Below are positions 1 through 12,912 of a stretch of 64,000 bases of DNA, in pieces. The position numbers were made by a program, and so were the translations under genes. A model generated the notes under the pieces. That model ran no database searches and was not told where the DNA came from. It saw only the letters and a program-made list of their open reading frames with translations. The first letter of the stretch is position 1. Each line of letters starts with the position of its first letter. Location: positions 5,704,001 through 5,768,000 of the forward strand of contig NW_024704756.1 of NCBI RefSeq assembly GCF_018977255.1, in the 5' to 3' direction. The stretch comes from Callorhinchus milii. Lineage: Eukaryota.

Positions 1-252
1 AGTAGCAGAACTAGAAGGGAGTTTAGCAGAATCTTTTTATGCAGAGAGCGGTGAAAATGTGCAACACACTGCCTGAAGCTGTGGTTGAAGTAGAAAGAAT
101 CAACCTATTTAAGAGGAATGTTAATGCATACATGAGGGAATAGAGGAGAAGGGAATAGGAGGGATGGAGGCTAGTGTGCAATATAACCACCAGCACCAGT
201 TAGCCCGAATGGTCTGGTTCTGGATAAAGAACCATTCAATGTAATTCTATGT
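1..252 (+). mobile_element. CR1-type LINE 3' end fragment
   Basis: Degenerate ORF2 C-terminus FMQRAVKMCNTLPEAVVEVERINLFKRNVNAYM followed by an attctatg-type tail. Confidence 0.75.
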
Positions 253-876
253 CTGCTACCTTGCCTTGTAGAGTATTCCAAACATTTAGCATCCCTTTCA
301 GTAGGCAAGATATCCTGAGATTTATTCTAAATTGATGTCCTCTGGTCCTACTTACTTTAAGGGATTATCAGACTGGGTTCACATTATCTGTGCCATTAAA
401 TATTTTATACACTTTTATTAACCCCCTCTAACCATTTTCTTAACAGATGATAACATTTAAGATTTTATAATCTTTCTTTATCGCTCATCCGCCTTGACAT
501 TTGGAATCAGTCTTGATGATCTTTTCTGTACCATTTCTAATGCAAGTGTAATTTTTTTTGATGTGGTAATCAAAAAGTCGACACAACTGTGGTCTGAACA
601 GCCTTTGCATCATCTCTGTCCATTCCGCTGTTCTAACTAGAGACGCTAGCAATTTATTACCTTTAATGTACGCTGGAAGGTACTCACACTCGAGGGTTAA
701 AAATATATACTGTACTTTAAAAAAAATCGATACTTTTACCACACACACTCAAAATTCATGTTGATTTCCATCTTGCTTATTTATATTAGCTCTTCCTTAA
801 GCTGTTATCAGTAGTTTTCCAGATCCGACAAAAAATAATCCTTACTCTGCCGAGAGCAGGTGTATCTGAACTATAG

Positions 877-1099
877 CAATTCTTACATTTGGTAGAGAGC
901 CTTAACACATCAGAAAGATGTCTCAAAGCGCTTCACAGGAAATACTGTGGAGCGACTGTGTATTTGTAGGCAAATGCGGCAGCACAATTGCACACAGCAA
1001 TGTCCCACAAACAGCTATGAAATGAATGACCAATTCTATTTGGGGATTGTTGACCAAGACACTCGGAGAGAGAAACACCCTTCTTATTTTGAATAGTGC
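877..1099 (-). mobile_element. Deu-domain SINE fragment with L2-like tail
   Basis: Reverse complement of the family core gtttgtgggacattgctgtgtgcaatt and of the tgtgaagcgctttgagac tail. Confidence 0.8.
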
Positions 1100-4000
1100 T
1101 TTAATCTGTTCATTGAACACATTTAGTCACAATTTGATGAGTCACTTTCGGGATTGTTTTTCCCAGTGAGCTGTGGCTCCTGCTTGTGAATTTTTTCCTT
1201 TATAACAGGTTTGATAGGTTCTTGCCACTTCAGGATAGGACAACTCTGTTCACTGGCAAGTGCACTCAATGTTCTTAAATGAAACGTTCCGCATGTAATG
1301 AGGTTAGTGAAGGGATGGGATTAAGGCATGTTCAATGTCATTGGGAACATGGACAGTTGTGAAGAGCAACATGACCTCTCTGAATTTCACACATCACCAA
1401 ATGTTATGGCACAATGTGTCGAACTATTTTTAAAATTGCATGCCTTCTGAATACTGTTATTGTGCACCGATGTTGTGATATTGCATTCGAAAGATGATGC
1501 AAAATGAAGGCAAAATGAAACTGAGAGTGCTGGCCGCACAGCGAGACGAGCTTGTATCACATGATTTACATCGTTGCCATGCGATATGGTGGGATGCAGA
1601 GCCGTAACGCGGGACTAATGCCAGAAAATCAGCTCTGCTCACGAACGAGACTGGCACGAAGCATGTGAGTGTATATTCCTGGAGCTTCCTGAAGAAAGCC
1701 AAAGCTTTCGAATTAAAGATTGAATTAAAGAGCGGTGGCTTGCAATGGACATTCATTCGGTTGCCAATGGGGGGGAAACCTGCCGGTGGACTGCCAGTCC
1801 AGCATGACTGAAGTGCGGAAATCCTCCCGAGGTTTCCATGATGGCACGGCAGGATCAACAATCGAGCTAACCATCCTGAGTTGGTTTTACTCTCCAGTTG
1901 AACCAGATAGCAAATGGTCACCGTTCTAACCCCAATGCGGTTAAAAAAAGGCAGCATTTGATGAGTCACAATTATCATATCATCAATAAGTCCAATCGAA
2001 ACCTATCTTAACTATTGACAGCATAGATTCTCCTGTAACCCAACCCCCTCCCTCACTCCAGCCCCGCCACACCCCCACCCCACCTATTGGATGCCAGCAT
2101 CATCACAGTTTAGTTCAAAGGCAGCCAGTCACCAAGTGCCACCATATTCGTTTCTGACAAACACAATCAGGGTCTTTCAGCCACACTGGACAGAATACTG
2201 TTCTCTTTGGTTATACCTTGCCCTATCTTGTAGGTTGGTGGCTTAGGTTAAGGCACCTGGCCAGCACACAACTACAGGGTGACCAAAAGGTCGTGATACC
2301 ATTACAATGTCTCAGCAGTCTTGAAGAAATTATGATATTTTGGGGTGGTTTTTTTAAAGAATAATACGGTAAATATCATGACTTTATGGTCGCCCTGTAT
2401 AATGATTAAATGCCCTAAACACACAGGAATTGACATACTTGAATCCAATGAGTGGGTTCTACGATTATAGAACTCATCGGAAAACAGGGAAAACAGTTCA
2501 CTATCCATAGGCCATTGAGGCAGGAAGCCTTGCTTCTGCAAGCAGGAGATGGACCTCATTGGCGAGAATATCATGGTTGGGGAGTGGATGTGATTCAGAG
2601 GTTGCCTTAGTTGCTCTGAAGCCTGTGAACGAGAAGGGAGAGACAGAACTGGCTGCCTACTTACTGAATACCGTCTCAACGCATAAAATAGGCCGCAAGG
2701 TCAGGAACATTTTTAACAGATGTGAAGAAACGACTCGAGGAAAAAAATCATATTCAATTGCCAAACAAGGGGGAGCAGAAGGGGGTGCCCAGCAGCTGAG
2801 GAAACTGACAGATGCTCACAAGATTGTGACTTAGAAGCTTAGTTTGCAAAGTGTGAAAGGGATGGCACTGGCCGATGTTAGCAACTCATCTCCCGACTCC
2901 TGTAAATGTATTCGCTCTTTTGCTTGGAGATCATCTTACTTAGAGGATTTGCGACTTATTAATAGAGCAGGACAATGGTACTAATACTGCAGTGTCGTAC
3001 AGTAAATAGTTGTCAATAATAGGGCATGTCTATTACTGCTGACGTTGACCACATGTAGGTCAGGAACTCTGCACAACACAATGCACCAAAATGAATAAAT
3101 AATAAATTAGCAAATAATAAGGATGACTATTCTAGGCACCAGCACAGACCCAGTGACGTCCAATAACTCACAATAGTATGTCACCAACACACAGGGCAGC
3201 ATAGAGAATAAAGTTTCCACTGGTCAATGACAACAACAACTTGCATTTATATACAGCAGGAAAACTTTGAAGAGATGTGAAGAAACGACTCGAAATTTTT
3301 TATTCAATTGACACGTAAGGGGAACAGCTGAAGTTCCCCAGCAGCTGAGGAAACTGACAGATGTTTACAAGACTGTGACATCGAAGCTTTGTTTGCAAAG
3401 TGTAGAGGGGATGATAGGGCACAGTGTCATCTACCCTACCCTTTGCGCAGGACAGCATCTCGGAGTACTTAACAGTGGTGGAGCTTCACACTGAGCTTAG
3501 ATTTCTGACAAAGGCAAATTGGAGAGGCCAACGTAAGGTTAAAGGTATCACAGAAAAAAGGTACCCACAGTAGAAAAACTGTGACACGTCTAGAAATACT
3601 GTGACGCTGTGACATCCCTAAGACACTTCTGTCTCCCAAGTGGCAAAAGTCCTGGTTCATCCTGATTTCAATGGAAGAAGAGACTATTTCACTGTTTCAT
3701 CCTGGAGTTAGAATGCTGCAGTATATCTAGTTTTTCGGTAGAGAATGGCAAACATTTTAATTGTACTCATTTGCTGAATAGATTATTGTTGGGTCCCACA
3801 GGGTTAAGCCTGCTTGTGAGGTATTGTTGTGCAAGACCCACATGTCAAAACAATGTTCCATGAGTGTATATTGAGCACAATGGAATGCTCTGTCTCGCAA
3901 CAAAAAGTTAATTTGCAAGATTTCAGACCATGGAAACACAATGCGCAGATCAGTTGTAACCGTGAAATTAAACCGACTCCACTGAAACCTGCAGAGGTTC

Positions 4001-5732
4001 ACAAAAGGTCATTAGTTGTCCAACCACATTGGACCCATTTTGCATCCCTGTGTTAGTTATGTAACCTGACCTCATGTGTTAGGATAATGGAGTGAGTGCT
4101 TCAATAACTGCACTGCCAACCTGGAAGAATCTCATCCTAGCCTGATTTAGTGCAAAAGAGTGAGAATGCATCTTTCTGTTTCCTCACCAGCAACTGTTAA
4201 CAAAGCACTTTCTGCAAGGTAGCACATTGGGTGCAGTTTATTTACTGTACCCAATAACAGTGGAGTACAAGTTTCTTGCTGACATACACATCCAAAATCA
4301 ATACCACCTTTATTAGCCTTTCACATATAACATGTTCAGAGTGCCATTGGGACAAATTACAAAATAAACACTTTGTAGTTAAAACTAAGTATACTGTATA
4401 TAGCATTGGTGGGAGGAGGAAATGACAGAGATGGCAGTGAGTTTATCGCAATGTTCAATTCCATCTCAGCATTTTTTACATCAGTTAATAAATCGTTCAG
4501 ACTGTGCTTTTAAGGTTTAGGATGTTACCAGAACCGCTCGATTGAATTACTGTCCAAAGGTATTGTGAGGCATCCATTATGCTCTTTTCACATGCAATAA
4601 ATAGGGATGTTTACTTCTAGGACTGAAAGTCCAATGATTACTCATGTTACGTTACTGACTTGTTCCCTATCCCCCATGACGCTGAAAAGGTTAATTTTAC
4701 TAACCAGTGAAACTTCCTTCCCTCTACCTATCTCATCCACCCCATACAAACACCCACACACACACGCCCAATGATTCAAACTTTCAGCTGGTTTTGGTAC
4801 ACAGTGATATGCCTCAAACAGCCATGAAGGGTATGGCCAATGTTACCTCTGGACTTATTGGCTAGGACATAGGTAATGGGGAGCTGTGAGATCAGGAATA
4901 ACCACAGGTTTCTAAAGACTTCATCAGTCATGAAGTAAATTGCACATCACGCTCTACCTGCTGTGTGCCCTCTCTCGCACTGAATCCTGATAGGCAAAGC
5001 ACACAAGGTTTGTGTCCCATCACCACGATCAATAATTGAGATAATGACACCAGATAGTTCTGCACAACAAGGTTCTTTGACTTGCACAGAGATAATAAAC
5101 ATTGCAAGAAAGTGGCAGGTCTAATGAAACTCGACAATCCTCGTCACTTTGGTTTACTGTAAGAGGATAGTGGCTCAGCAGGTGTGGAATACCCGGACGT
5201 AAATGATAACATGTCACAGGGCTCTTTCAGGAGTGGAAAGAGCCTGTGCACTGTGAGCTCCTGTCTAGGGTATAGTACATTCTGTCTCTCATTGTGGATG
5301 AGAATGTCAGTAGCATCTTTTGGGTGCTCAGTGACACTCATCACCACGAGGGATCGCTTTATCATCGCTGGCACTTAGGTTGCTTTTGAGCTCACAGCTT
5401 GGAATCAGCGGAGGGGTTTCTCCCCATTGGCTTAAACAATATTTTGTCTGTGTGTCATCTCTCGCAACACTGGCGAGTTCCTCCTTGTGCCGCTGACGAT
5501 CCAAAATTGCCTCTGGCGGGTGTGTCGAGGGAGATGCCGTGCTTACAGCTGGTGCTTGGCGATGGCAAGGGGAGCACACGGGCTATGCAATTTATTTTTA
5601 AGATTCCGCAGACTCATAGGAAAGCAGATACGGTCAGTTTGCTCCCTTACAAAATACACAGCCTATGGAATGCACAAACACATTAAAAAAAACGTTGCTT
5701 TACCCAAAAAATTCCTGTGAAACAGTTTGAGA

Positions 5733-5914
5733 AATTTGGTCCTCAATCCACGACTTTTGCGGGACACTGCTGTGTACAAATTGGCTCCTGTGTCTCGCCC
5801 ACAAAATACACAGTCAATCCCACTTCACCATATATTCTGTCAAGCCCTTTGAGACGTGTAAGTGATGTGATAAAAATACTAAATCAAATGCAAGAATTAT
5901 TATTATTATTATTA
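5733..5914 (+). mobile_element. 5'-truncated copy of the dominant SINE
   Basis: Core gggacactgctgtgtacaaattggct and tail tcaaatgcaaga(att)n, aligning to 37736-38043. Confidence 0.85.
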
Positions 5915-7342
5915 CGAAAATGATCACTTTGTGTAATCCACTGACCTGAGGTGATGAGCACAAGGCATCTTCTGCTCTGAGCCCCGAACACTGCATGAAA
6001 TGGATATTTTTTCCTCCCGAGTTTAAAACATACACCCTATAAAAACACTGTTACAGATATTACAGCGCTGGTTCATAACGCACAACATGGAGTGGAAGAA
6101 AAAATCCCTCAATGTAATATTGTAACATTATATTTGCTTCAAAGCGATGCTTGTGTGCACAATAGATTTTCCGAGAGGCAACTGGCAGGTGAATAAAAGG
6201 CATTCTTCCTGTTAAGAATGCCTGACACGTCAATCTTCCATACCGCCTGAAATAATCAACCACATTCTGATGCTCTGCGTCTTATCTTTCAGTTATAGTG
6301 TGCTGCTTTAAGACTGTCTGTGTGGGTAAACCGCAAGCCTTAAAAGCTTGTGCAAGGGATACAATTTTAGTTTTGTAGGGCAGAGGGAGCGAGGCCAGTA
6401 TCTGGGGCTCGGTTCTGTGTGATACACTACATTGCTCGACCTGTAGAACAGCCAAACCCCTATCTTAACGTTTTGAAAACTGCAGACTCGAATACATAGC
6501 CAGATGTACAGGAGATCTCCTTTCAATTCTAATAGCTAGTTTACGTCACAAAATTGCTTATAATTCTGGACATATTCACAATAAGTCAGCAGTCCAACGC
6601 ATAGAGCCACAAAGATTACTGGAGTGGGAAATAGAAACATCTTATGGGTCCAGTGGGTGGGAGGATGTGGGAAGCTTTACTGATGATAAAATAAACTATA
6701 CAATACATGATATTCCAAAGCAACTGACATCCCACACCTTAGTGGGCACCAAAAAATGTAATTGATTCATTTGTTCATACGAATTAATTTGGGGCAGGGG
6801 TGGGTGGTGGGGGGGGGAGGAGTATCTCTCTTACACAGATGGAAAATGTATTACATAGTGAGGAAATCGGGCACAATTTAATAACCAGCTTGCGAGCTCT
6901 CAGTATTCAGGGGGTTAAGTTTGAGCTCAGCGTGCCTTTTTTTCTCAGACATTGTGTAGTGTGAATGCTTGAGGAAGATGATGTATTGGGTGAACAACCA
7001 GAGAGAAAGAGAGAGAGAAATCAATGTTAGTGCACTGGGTTATATAAAAAAAGGTATTCTGTCAATATCAGTCAGAGTTTTTTTTGTGTATGTTTGAACA
7101 TGGCACCCCTGAGGGGAACCAATTGACCTGAAAGTAAAAGTAACGTTGGAATGGAACTTTTTGTTTTTTCTCTTCGTTTCTCTATTCAGCAGCATCAGAC
7201 ACTCTCAGCCATGTTATGCCGTGAACCTCAAGGCTCTGCTTTTCCTGACAGTGCATTTTACACTCAAATCCTCCATGCCACACTTATCCATATGTACAAA
7301 CCCCCAATGCTCGAGAGTGAGAAACATGCTGTAATTTGGAAG

Positions 7343-7550
7343 AACAACTTGCATTTATACAGCGTGGGGGCAGCATCTCAGAGCCTGACAATGGGCCGGG
7401 GGGAGGGAGAAGGTGACCGTAAGCACAGATGAAGAACAAGGTCTTCAGTCGGGATCTAAAAGAGGAGAAGGAGGGAGGAGGGCAAGGTGGAGGGATTGGG
7501 GGAGAAAGTTCCAAAGCTTCGGGGCGTAGTGGTTGAAAGCCACAGTGCCC
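7343..7550 (-). mobile_element. L2-type LINE 3' end
   Basis: Minus strand reads SSFRSRLKTLFF (L2 ORF2 end) and ends gctgtataaatgcaagttgtt. Confidence 0.75.
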
Positions 7551-8029
7551 CGAAGACCAAGCTACGCTGCCTGCCTGTAAAAGAAAAACACTGCTTTTAT
7601 TTAAAGCAAAGAAAAGAAAATCAAAATGCAATTGATTCGGAGAAAGGAAGGAGAAAAAATAGCCGATTGACATTGAGTGTTAGGGCAAATTAATCCCAAA
7701 GTAACAAAAAGGTGTTGATATTAATTCAATAGCAAACATTTCACCTTTGTTATATTGATCCAGAAGTGGGCAGATTATGAGGCAGGAACTTTTGGTTGGG
7801 TTTCCTTCATGCCGAACAGCTTGGGAGCGTGAGAAAGAGAAGGAGAGAGTGTGAAAGAGGAGAGAGAAAGAGATTGGGGGAGGAGATGGAGATAGAGAAA
7901 GAGGAGAGAGAGCAAGAGAGAGAAGGATTTTTTTTCACTCAGGTCAGTGATGACAACTCACAAAATGGCCACTCCAGACATGGAACTAATAATGGTTGTT
8001 AGTAACATTGCTGGCATCTTCCTGAGCCA

Positions 8030-8225
8030 GAGCCAGCTGAGCAAATCGGGCGGGTGGAGGAATGGGGTGTGAGCAGGTTGGAGAGATAGGGAAGTGCCAG
8101 GGCACGAAGTGATTTGTACGTGAGCGTGAGGATCTTGAAATCAATCCGATCTGCAACAGAGAGCCAGTGGAGTCTGTCAAGGACTGGGGAGATGGGGGTG
8201 CGGAGTTCAGTTGGGGTGTGAAAAT
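8030..8225 (-). mobile_element. L2-type LINE ORF2 fragment
   Basis: ISPVLDRLHWLSVADRIDFKILTLTYKSLRALALPYLSNLL matches the L2 C-terminal LHWLP..RI.FK motif. Confidence 0.85.
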
Positions 8226-9875
8226 GAAAGAAAGCCGCACAAACTGCAGGGTCGGGAAACACAAAGCACAAGAGGAGCCGTTATAACCAGGAAGGGAAAC
8301 TGCCAATTTGCTATTTCTCCTATGCTCAAATAATTGCATTCGCTGTTACATAGAAATCTTCAGCACAGAAAGGGGTCATTCGGCCCATTATAACTGTGCC
8401 CTGACTCATTATCTGGCCAGACAGAATAAAAATGGAAAGCAGGCAAAGTTTAAGATTTTATTTATGATTCTAAGTATCCTGCCGCCCAGTCTTATCTCAG
8501 TCCATCACCTCCATTTCGAGTTTCAAACAGAGATGCCTGCCACACCATAAACCTCTGGCCTGCCTCTGCTCTGCAATGGGCTATGGAGCAGTGTTCTAAA
8601 CTGGTCTCAAACGGAGTGGAGTTCAGAGCAGTTGTGCTCCGTGGAAATCAATCCATTTCAAACTGGATTTATTGTCCCAGAACTCTTCCGTTTAACGCCC
8701 TTCTCAGCATCAAAGATAGCAGGCCTTTTGGAGACCGGATTCAAGCCTGCACCTCAGAGGAATAAACATGAATGCTTCAGTAATGCACTGTGCCATCCCA
8801 TCTGTAATATGCACGCAAGACCATGCTAAAATATCAATTAGGCGAGGGACTGAATAAGTGATCACAAGATACCCATGAGAAACAAAATACGAGAATCAAG
8901 GACCAAGTTAAGAAAGAGGCCCTTTATTTAGAAAGAGCTTCACCATTTCATCCTGAGCTCTGTTTAGAGAGGCACTTCTGCGTTCTGTGCTGCTTTGCAC
9001 CAGTCAAATAGTCTTAAAACAAAATTCCTTTTGATGGATGGCAACAGAGTTAAAGTGTCAGATTCTCACTGCAGGACTCCTTCAGCATTTTATTTGAAGT
9101 ATTGTCAATAAGATTTCTCAGATTTTTTTGATACATAAAAAAAATTATATATATCCTTGCTGGTCTCTGCAAGACATTTCGAGCCCCTGCGGGACAAAAT
9201 GTGCTCGAAATATATTATGTCTGGGAATTAATAAGCTCTGGTGAACAGTATATGCAAATAATACTGACTTTTAGCAATCAAAAATAACTTTTTTTAAGAA
9301 ATATCTTGCCTTTTTTAAAGACTTTTTTGTTCTTACAAGAAATTTTAATTAAATGGCACATATTTTTGTTCAAAGAATGAATTATTATCATCGGCAGGTG
9401 GTGGGGTAGGACGTGGAGAGGGAATATCAGATATTGAATTGAATCCAGTGATGTCAAGATGAATTTGCACCTGCAGGCACAACTAACAAGTTTGAAGGTT
9501 ACTAAATAGTGACATTGGGGTGTAAAACGCAGGCATTACAACCTGGACCCCAAAGGATTTACAAATATTGAATCCTGCCGGTAACCGGTCGTGGGTCACG
9601 CCATCCGGCGAGATTTCCACTCCCAAATGTCGAGATAGGCGATCGCGTCAGCTCAGAGCTCCCACCAGACATCCGGACGCATCCATTGGAAGGACTCGAC
9701 TCCCGCAAACGCAGGAGAAGACTCTCGCGATTCTAGCTCTCTTAAATCCACTCCTACGGATGGTCAAACTTGCCTGAACCCAGTCCCTTTGTCACAACGT
9801 GCGTTTTGCAGACAATTCTTTCCGATTCTTTTGAGTTTTGTACAAGAAAAATCAAAAGAATTGGAAAGAATGATA

Positions 9876-10034
9876 CAGTAAAACTCACATAAGTTGTATC
9901 AGTTGGGACCATTCATTTGATACGACTTATGCAAAGTATGAGTTATGTCAAACATGCATAGAATATAAACTGTTGAACGGGACTTGGGCAGATGTACAAC
10001 TATACAATTTATACAGATATTGTGAGTTTTACTG
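9876..10034. mobile_element. MITE-like non-autonomous DNA element (Tc1/mariner-pogo style ends)
   Basis: Perfect 14-bp TIR cagtaaaactcaca / tgtgagttttactg, TA on the left flank (right flank is tc), internal hairpin cataagttgtatca / tgatacgacttatg. Confidence 0.65.
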
Positions 10035-11009
10035 TCTATAAAATATATATATATTTATAAAGTTTTATAATACATAAAGGAGACATCTGTGAGGATGGTT
10101 CTGAGTCAGAATGCAGGCAATTGTCACAGGGTTAGATGTACAGAGCTGCCTCGCAGAAATGTTTCAATTTCATGGCTAAGTTGATGATTTTACTCAATTA
10201 AATATAAACCACATGTTTTCCAGCCCTCTCGACACTGATTCGATCTGAAAGAATTCTAATACATGTTTGCAGGTGTTCTGCAGTGCGGAGATAGGTTGTG
10301 AAACCTTTCGACAGGATTTTCGGTCTTCTTGAAAAAAAATCAGGTGGCACTGTTATAATTTAGATAATTTGGAAATGCACAGGCTGGCAGAAAGGGACAC
10401 TGTAACTCAGAGACGTTGCAAGACAAGACAGTTTGGAACAGACACTTAGTTATGAATTATCTCAACCATGTCATGGGGCCCAGGGAATTTTAAATACTGT
10501 TAAGTGGTCAGTAGGTCCAAGTAGGTCCATGGCCTCCCGCAGCAGGAAATGGCAGATTGATTAATGTAAAACACAAGAAAAAATGGTGTTTAAGAGCTGA
10601 ATTGCTTAAACATATTGCGCTGGAGACGTGAGCAGTTATAGTGGTCAATAAACGTACTATTGCGAACATAAATCACCTGAGTGGATCTATTTTCCCAAAC
10701 TAAAGAATTAATATTGCAACACTTTAAGCTGTGACCTTGGTCGGAAAGCATCAGATGGCTTTAAATCCCAGGCCTGGCTGGTCCACGGGCTACCTGGGAA
10801 TTGTGACTAAGGCAGATTCTGGAAGCTATCGACAGCAATAGGTTTCAGGCAGACTGAGCGCTTCAAGACTCTACCCCATATGAAGGGCACCATATAAATA
10901 AATGCAAGTTGTTGCTGTGGCTGTTGTAAGAGATGGGGGCAGTGAGTGATACTTAAAATATTAACTGCATATAGTGTGGTAGGTTTATAACTTGTCCCAT
11001 TGGGTATTG

Positions 11010-11238
11010 ACGGATCGCTTTCTGGGGTAATAATCCCTTCAAAATAAAATAATAAAATAATTTGGTCACTCAATCCATGACTGTTTGTGGGACACAGCTG
11101 TGCACAATTGGCTGCCATGTTTCGCCCACAAAATGTAGTCAATTCACTTTACAGTATATTCCGTGAAGCACTGTGAGATGTCTCGAAGATGTGATAAGAG
11201 GTTATATCAAATGTCAGGATTTTTATTATTATTATTAT
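11010..11238 (+). mobile_element. Dominant SINE copy, 5'-truncated
   Basis: taatcccttcaaaa...gtttgtgggacacagctgtgcacaattggctgcc...(att)n tail. Confidence 0.88.
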
Positions 11239-11239
11239 T

Positions 11240-11470
11240 GGGTCTAGTCATGTGTGAGCCGAGGCAGTGATCACCAACGAGGGGCATCACAATGAGATCT
11301 TGTTCTCATCTTTCTGCATTGGTCACTGGTGAGAAATGCAAAAACCTGGCTGGTTTTCACGACCCTGGTCTAGGGGAGCCGAGGCCAATTGTAGCATCTC
11401 AACATGTGCCTTGGGCAGAGGCTAGCTAAGTCAGTTAAGCAACTGGAGACGCCCTGGTCATGTTTTACAG
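11240..11470 (-). mobile_element. Old SINE-like repeat (second family)
   Basis: Reverse complement shares tacaattggcctc...cagccagg with 38770-39010 and more weakly with 45730-45900. Confidence 0.5.
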
Positions 11471-11779
11471 AGGATATAGTGGTGGACCTCGCCTGAAGCC
11501 GCACTTAAGACAAGCGAACCCAAACAACTGGAGGAACGGAGTTACAAACGTGATATTGGGTTCACAAGTTGATTAAATGTGGCAGACTAGCAGGGTTCCC
11601 TGTGGTGTTCTGTTTAATACAATTCAAAAGTAATTTTACAGTGTCTATAATTTAAAAGCTCCTTGTTTAAATAAAGTATTGAAGAAGTGGAGAGCCTTCT
11701 GCACATTGAGGAGGCGTACACTATAGCTGCAGCACGCCAACTACGGCTATCTGTGGGTTTGTGAATTATGAGTAAATAT

Positions 11780-12163
11780 TAAAAATCCTCGCATTTGATA
11801 TAGGGCCTATATTGTCAATAACATCTCAAGGTGCATCACAGAGTTTCTATGAAGCGCAGTGACTCGTGTATTTGACTGATTTGCACAGAGCAGTACCCAA
11901 AAACATCCAAGTGAATGACACAGGGAGAGACTCCTCTCTCTTTTCGAGTTGAACCACGGGATCTTTAACATCCACCTCAACAGGCAGAAGGGACCTCGGT
12001 TTAACGTCTCATCAGGAGGGCGGCACCTCTAAATATCCGACTCCCCTCAGCATTGCATTCGAGTATCAGTCTAGACTAGGAGCTGAAAATCCCAACGTGG
12101 GACTTGAACCAACAACCTTTTGTCTTAGAGGCACGAGTACAATCAACTTAGCCAAGCTGACAC
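11780..12163 (-). mobile_element. Older near full-length DeuSINE (SacSINE1/AmnSINE-like) with tRNA-like head
   Basis: Minus strand: gtcagcttggctaagttg head, B-box ggttcaagtccca, gaggtgccgcc...gatgagacgttaaaccgaggtccc...gtggatgttaaagatccc Deu-type body, L2-like tail. Confidence 0.75.
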
Positions 12164-12696
12164 AAGAGTATGAGGGAATGCAGTTTGATGAGGGGATTAG
12201 ATTTCTTTTATACATTCACTGTCATCATTGATACATTTTTGAGATGTTTGAGCATTACCTTTAGGGTTTGTGGTTGTTTGAGTGAGAGGTCACGTTTCCT
12301 CAGATGTTAACGCAGAGGAGAAATTGCAGCTGTGAGAGATTCCTGGCCACATGGGGAGCTCTCGACAGTTTGAAACAGTCTGGTGGAAAAAAAGGCATCA
12401 CACAAGTGTGATCACAGTGTGCCTTAAGCACACACTTATTCTAAAAAGAATGTACGTAATCATTCTTGTATTAAAAATACACTCGCACCTCTCGAGTTAA
12501 GATTCAGTGTGAATGTGGCCTTTCTCTATGCCCTCTGTTTTGATCCTTTGCCAATTTGTACACTCTGATAGTACCACAACTGTGACAAGATGGAAACAGA
12601 CGTTTGTTGCACAGAAGGTGGCCATTTGGCCATCGAGTCTGCGTCATTGCTACCTGTATCATTTAATTCCTTTTTTTTAAAAAAAATTAAGAATAG

Positions 12697-12912
12697 AGTT
12701 TCTCCTGGTCTCCCAGCCACCAGCCCTCCAGATAACATTGGTCATTCACTTCATGGCTTTTTTGGGAACATTGCTGTGCATGAATTGGCTACTGCATTCA
12801 CCTACAAAATACGGAATCAGTCAAATACACTTTACAGTAAAATCCTGTAAAGTGCTTTGAGACGTCCCCCTGACCCGAAAAGCGCAATATCAAATGCGGG
12901 GATTATTATTAT
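12697..12912 (+). mobile_element. Deu-domain SINE fragment
   Basis: attgctgtgcatgaattggct core and atcaaatgcggggattattatt tail. Confidence 0.8.

Noticed and set aside
1457-1978. 173-aa minus-strand ORF in a CpG-richer stretch
   Set aside because: No recognisable domain or splice context; probably a decayed repeat that I cannot classify
2210-2305. Minus-strand tggtatcac as an LTR-retrotransposon primer-binding site
   Set aside because: Only an 8-nt match to a tRNA-Met PBS, with no paired LTRs or gag/pol remnants visible
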